This document shows positions 60,580-64,000 of a stretch of DNA of 64,000 nucleotides, in pieces. The stretch lies in NCBI RefSeq assembly GCF_009914755.1, contig NC_060928.1. One strand, written 5' to 3'. A program made the position numbers and the translations under genes. The first letter of the stretch is position 1; every line of letters starts with the position of its first letter. The notes below the pieces were generated by a model. The model searched no databases. It saw nothing but the letters and a program-made list of their open reading frames with translations, and had not been told where the DNA came from. This DNA comes from the human T2T-CHM13v2.0 reference genome, Homo sapiens.

Positions 60580-60830
60580 AGATTGTGTGGGACGTTGGAC
60601 TTTGGATCAGAGGCAGGCAGATTCTGTCATTCACCAACTCTCTGACCTTCAACATGTTATTCAACACCCCCCACCACCCCGAGCCTAATCCCCATACCTG
60701 TAGGTTGGGAACAATAATAACCCGAAACCTTCAGGGCCATTGTAATAATCAGTGAAACAATAAATTTGAGTCCGAAATCGTACCCAGTGCCAGGCTAGTA
60801 CCAAGCCCATCCTAAGTAGTAGTTGTTAAC
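60580..60830 (+). mobile_element. MIR
   Basis: ggactttggatcagaggcag...tgaccttcaacatgttattcaac...cagtgccaggc. Confidence 0.6.
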
Positions 60831-61494
60831 ATTCTCTTCGTCAGGTAAGGATCGTCATGACAGATGGCCTAATCCACCCTTAGCGGCAGGGAAGCAATAA
60901 CCCTTCTAACAAAATTCACGTTCTAAAAGGAGCAGAAACACTGGAAATAAAATGAAAGAATAGAGGGGTTGACTTTAACAAAGAAAAGTAAGACCTAAAA
61001 ATGTGTTCGGGGGAAGAAGGCGTAATTATAGACTACACATATTCAAAACACATAAATCCCAACAAAGTAAGGGTTCATTCAGATTAAGATTTAGGGGTTT
61101 AAATAGGCCTATGTGGTGGAAACGTAAAAAGTGAAAACAATGAAAAACAAAAAGATAGGTTGTAATAAGATTAAAATATAAATTGCAGGAGCAGAAAACT
61201 GTCTTCTTGAGAAGGAGGATGTCCTTACTTGGCACGTTTAAAGTTAGATAGGACCAAATGGAAGATGGTTCTTAGCCATCTTATAGAGGCTCTTAGAAGA
61301 CAGAGAGTGCCGTGATGATGATGATGTTATTGATGATGATCACAACAATGATGGTGATAATGACAGTGATTGCTTTTTTGTTCTCTTTGCTGGTGTGGTC
61401 TGGACTCAAGGAACCTGCTTCTGGTTTCCCAGAGAAAAACATCCCAGATAGTGCTGTTTTATGAGAGTCCCAGGCTCCTAAAGGCAGTCAGAAG

Positions 61495-61680
61495 GTTGGT
61501 GTTTGTTTTCTGACAGCAACAAAAGGTGTCTGAGTCAGTAAAATGATGACAGCTGTCAACAGTGCATAGTCCCCTCACCAATGGCTGGAGCTCGATGTTT
61601 GTGAAGCAAGTGAATCTTAGTAAATATCAAATTAACCCACACTTGCCACTGGTGCCAGAGCTCTTAAAATGTCAACGTGC
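61495..61680. promoter_or_regulatory. Candidate enhancer motif cluster (TALE-homeodomain palindrome, AP-1, FOX-like)
   Basis: TGACAGCTGTCA at 61547-61558, TGAGTCA at 61531-61537, TGACAG at 61511 and GTAAATA at ~61620, in apparently non-repeat sequence. Motif-only evidence. Confidence 0.3.
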
Positions 61681-64000
61681 CAAGGGACACCTGGCTCATT
61701 GCCCTAACCAGCGGCCGGCAGCCCAACCTAGAGGAACAAAAGACACGGCGATCCTGGTTTATTTGGGAGACTTTATCTTCTTCATACTCAACAGGCTTCA
61801 ATATTGACATTCTCCCTGGTGATGGCTGGGAATCCAAGTCACAATGGCCTAATGCATCCAATTTTTCCTTCGAAATCCAGCTCAGATACTGCCAATCTGT
61901 GACGTGTTCCTAAAGACTGTTACCAGCGACAGAGAGTTAAATGCTCCTCCCTTTGTCCCATGTTATGTCAGGGACATCCTGGTATCATCATTCATCAGAT
62001 CAACTTTCTCCTACTACAACTCACAATTATAGTAGACAGTAACAGGTATGGGTTGATTAGCTGGGCATATGTTGATTCAGAGAGGCTTTTTATAAGAGGA
62101 AACCTTTGATTTTAAGACATGAGTAGGGTTTTCCTAAATTGATGAAAGAAAAAATGGAATTCCAGCATACAGACCATCTTGCACCATTGGCACCCCTCCC
62201 TGCCCCCGTGGAAACCAGGGCTCTCGGTGTACTTGCCCTTTCTGAAACATCCCTGGCTGTTTCCTGTCTCCCTGATTTCCTGTGTTGTTACCTGCGCTTG
62301 AACTGCCCTTTCTGCTTATGTCTACAGGAAAAAGAAAAGCTTGCCGCAAGTCTCTTCTCCTCCACAAAACCTTTGCAGACCTTTGTAGGCAGAGATGACT
62401 ACTCCTCCCTCATGACCGTATCTGCATTCCAGTAAAAATAATGATGGGTTCTTTGGGGCTTCATATATACAGTATTGGTATATATCTGAAATATACATTT
62501 GTGAAATATGTATGCCAAATATAAATAGATAGATAAAATCTCATTCAATTCTTACAGCAACTCTGCATTATTATCCCCATTTACCCCCAAGCTTCCTGAA
62601 CAGAGGCTTGGAGAGTTTAAGCAAGATTATTCAGCTCCTAAGTTTGGACCAAGACTCAAATTATTGCCTCCTCTTTCAGACACTACAAAAGGCTTTCTAT
62701 AGTATAATGCCTATGCCCTCCGATTCATATACCTAACTGCCTCCCCTTCTATCAGGGCCTGGCTCTGAGTTGAAATCCAGTGCACATCTGTTGAATGGAA
62801 TTGATTTGAAGAGAGCTGGCAATTAGAAGACTTGGAAGATGGCTCTCAGATGATGGGACAAGGTGCTTCAGAATGAAAGATGAATTAGGGAAGCAGGCAC
62901 CAATTAGCAGAGGATGCTACAGCCTATGATAAGGAGCTTTAATTTGATAGGAGACAATTGGGAGCCATTCATCCTGCAGCTCAGAGAAAGCCATTGACAA
63001 GCCCCTAATGACACTCAGGGGCCTTTGAAACCTTTAATTGCTAACGGCAATTTTGCTATTTCCGTGTAGAAGTGACACAGGAGGATGAGCTCGCAGCCGC
63101 CATATGCACCCAGGCTGCACTGCCCACAGCAAGGTCACTGTAGGAGCATCCCTCCTCTCCTCTGTGCACAGCAGAAACACTGCAAGTGAGCCCAGGTCAC
63201 TTTCCTTATGTGTCCCTGAACCCCAGGTAAAGGCCCCCCTGCCTCCCATATCCCCATGCCTTACTTACATGGCTCTTGGGTTATAAGGAGCCCTCATATC
63301 ACTGTTTCTCTTCTGCAACTTCTGCTCCCCACCTTTGCCCCACTAGTTAACCCCCAGGTCTCCATCCAAAGAAAGGATTCACAGCTTCCAGAATTTCAGT
63401 TCCAGTGAGGCAAAATGCTGCTCTTCCTCTCCCATCACCACTTTAAAACACCACCAGGTCAAGACCAGTGTGGAAAAGGGGGAAGGAGGCTATGAAATCC
63501 TGCTGATAGAGAAGTCATGGGGGACTGTTTTGTGTTTTTATCTTTTATTTTTCCAAGTTTTGGATCCCTTCCCTTCTTCCATCTGGCACAAAAGCACTTG
63601 GAGGCCAGTATCTGGACCTGGCCTTCAAAAGCCAGTGAGTGTCAACAGGAGAACGGATTCCAGACGCACGGGACAATGGCCTTTTCAAGGCACAGAATGC
63701 TGCTCAGTATTGTACGGTTTGCATGTGATGCAGCTTCTTGAATGCACACAAACACTCCCATTTTCACCAGCTCCATGATGGTGACTTATTTACTGCTGAA
63801 GATCCCAGGGCCGATTCAAACTGCAAACATCTATCCCCACCCCAAAAGGGAAGAAAAAAAAAAAAACCTGACAACAACAAAAAGCCACATATGAAAAAGG
63901 AAAAGCCAACCAGTGTGCGACTGTGGGACTGGAACTCTGAAGTGGGCACCAGGTGCATTAATTACACTTGATTGCGTGTTGGTTTATGACTGCAGTCACT

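Noticed and set aside
61313-61370. (GAT)n tract as a poly-Asp coding exon
   Set aside because: It is a degenerate trinucleotide repeat with no supporting ORF or splice context.

Overview
This is repeat-dense, CpG-poor primate (human-like) non-coding genomic DNA. I found no supportable host protein-coding exon, CpG island, tRNA, rRNA or CRISPR array. Most of the window is nested transposon fossils: old L1M LINEs, L2/L3/MIR, many MaLR LTRs (two full-length THE1 proviruses plus solo THE1/MST/MLT1), ERVL, ERV1 and ERVK solo LTRs (MLT2, MER21, LTR16/33, MER4A, MER11), Alus, and DNA transposons (MADE1, MER58A, Tigger2a). It also holds a young L1PA2/3-like insertion with a twin-priming 5' inversion and a 3'-truncated, tailless 7SK pseudogene. 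The most distinctive structure not explained by repeat annotation is a set of locally templated copy events. These are a ~170-bp L1 piece copied ~2.9 kb downstream into an LTR, a ~108-bp inverted copy spanning an LTR/flank junction, a near-identical duplicated MIR, a ~165-bp palindromic patchwork of one 20-mer, and smaller template-switch scars. They read as a fossil record of double-strand-break repair. All subfamily calls and identities are by eye, and the boundaries of old elements are approximate.
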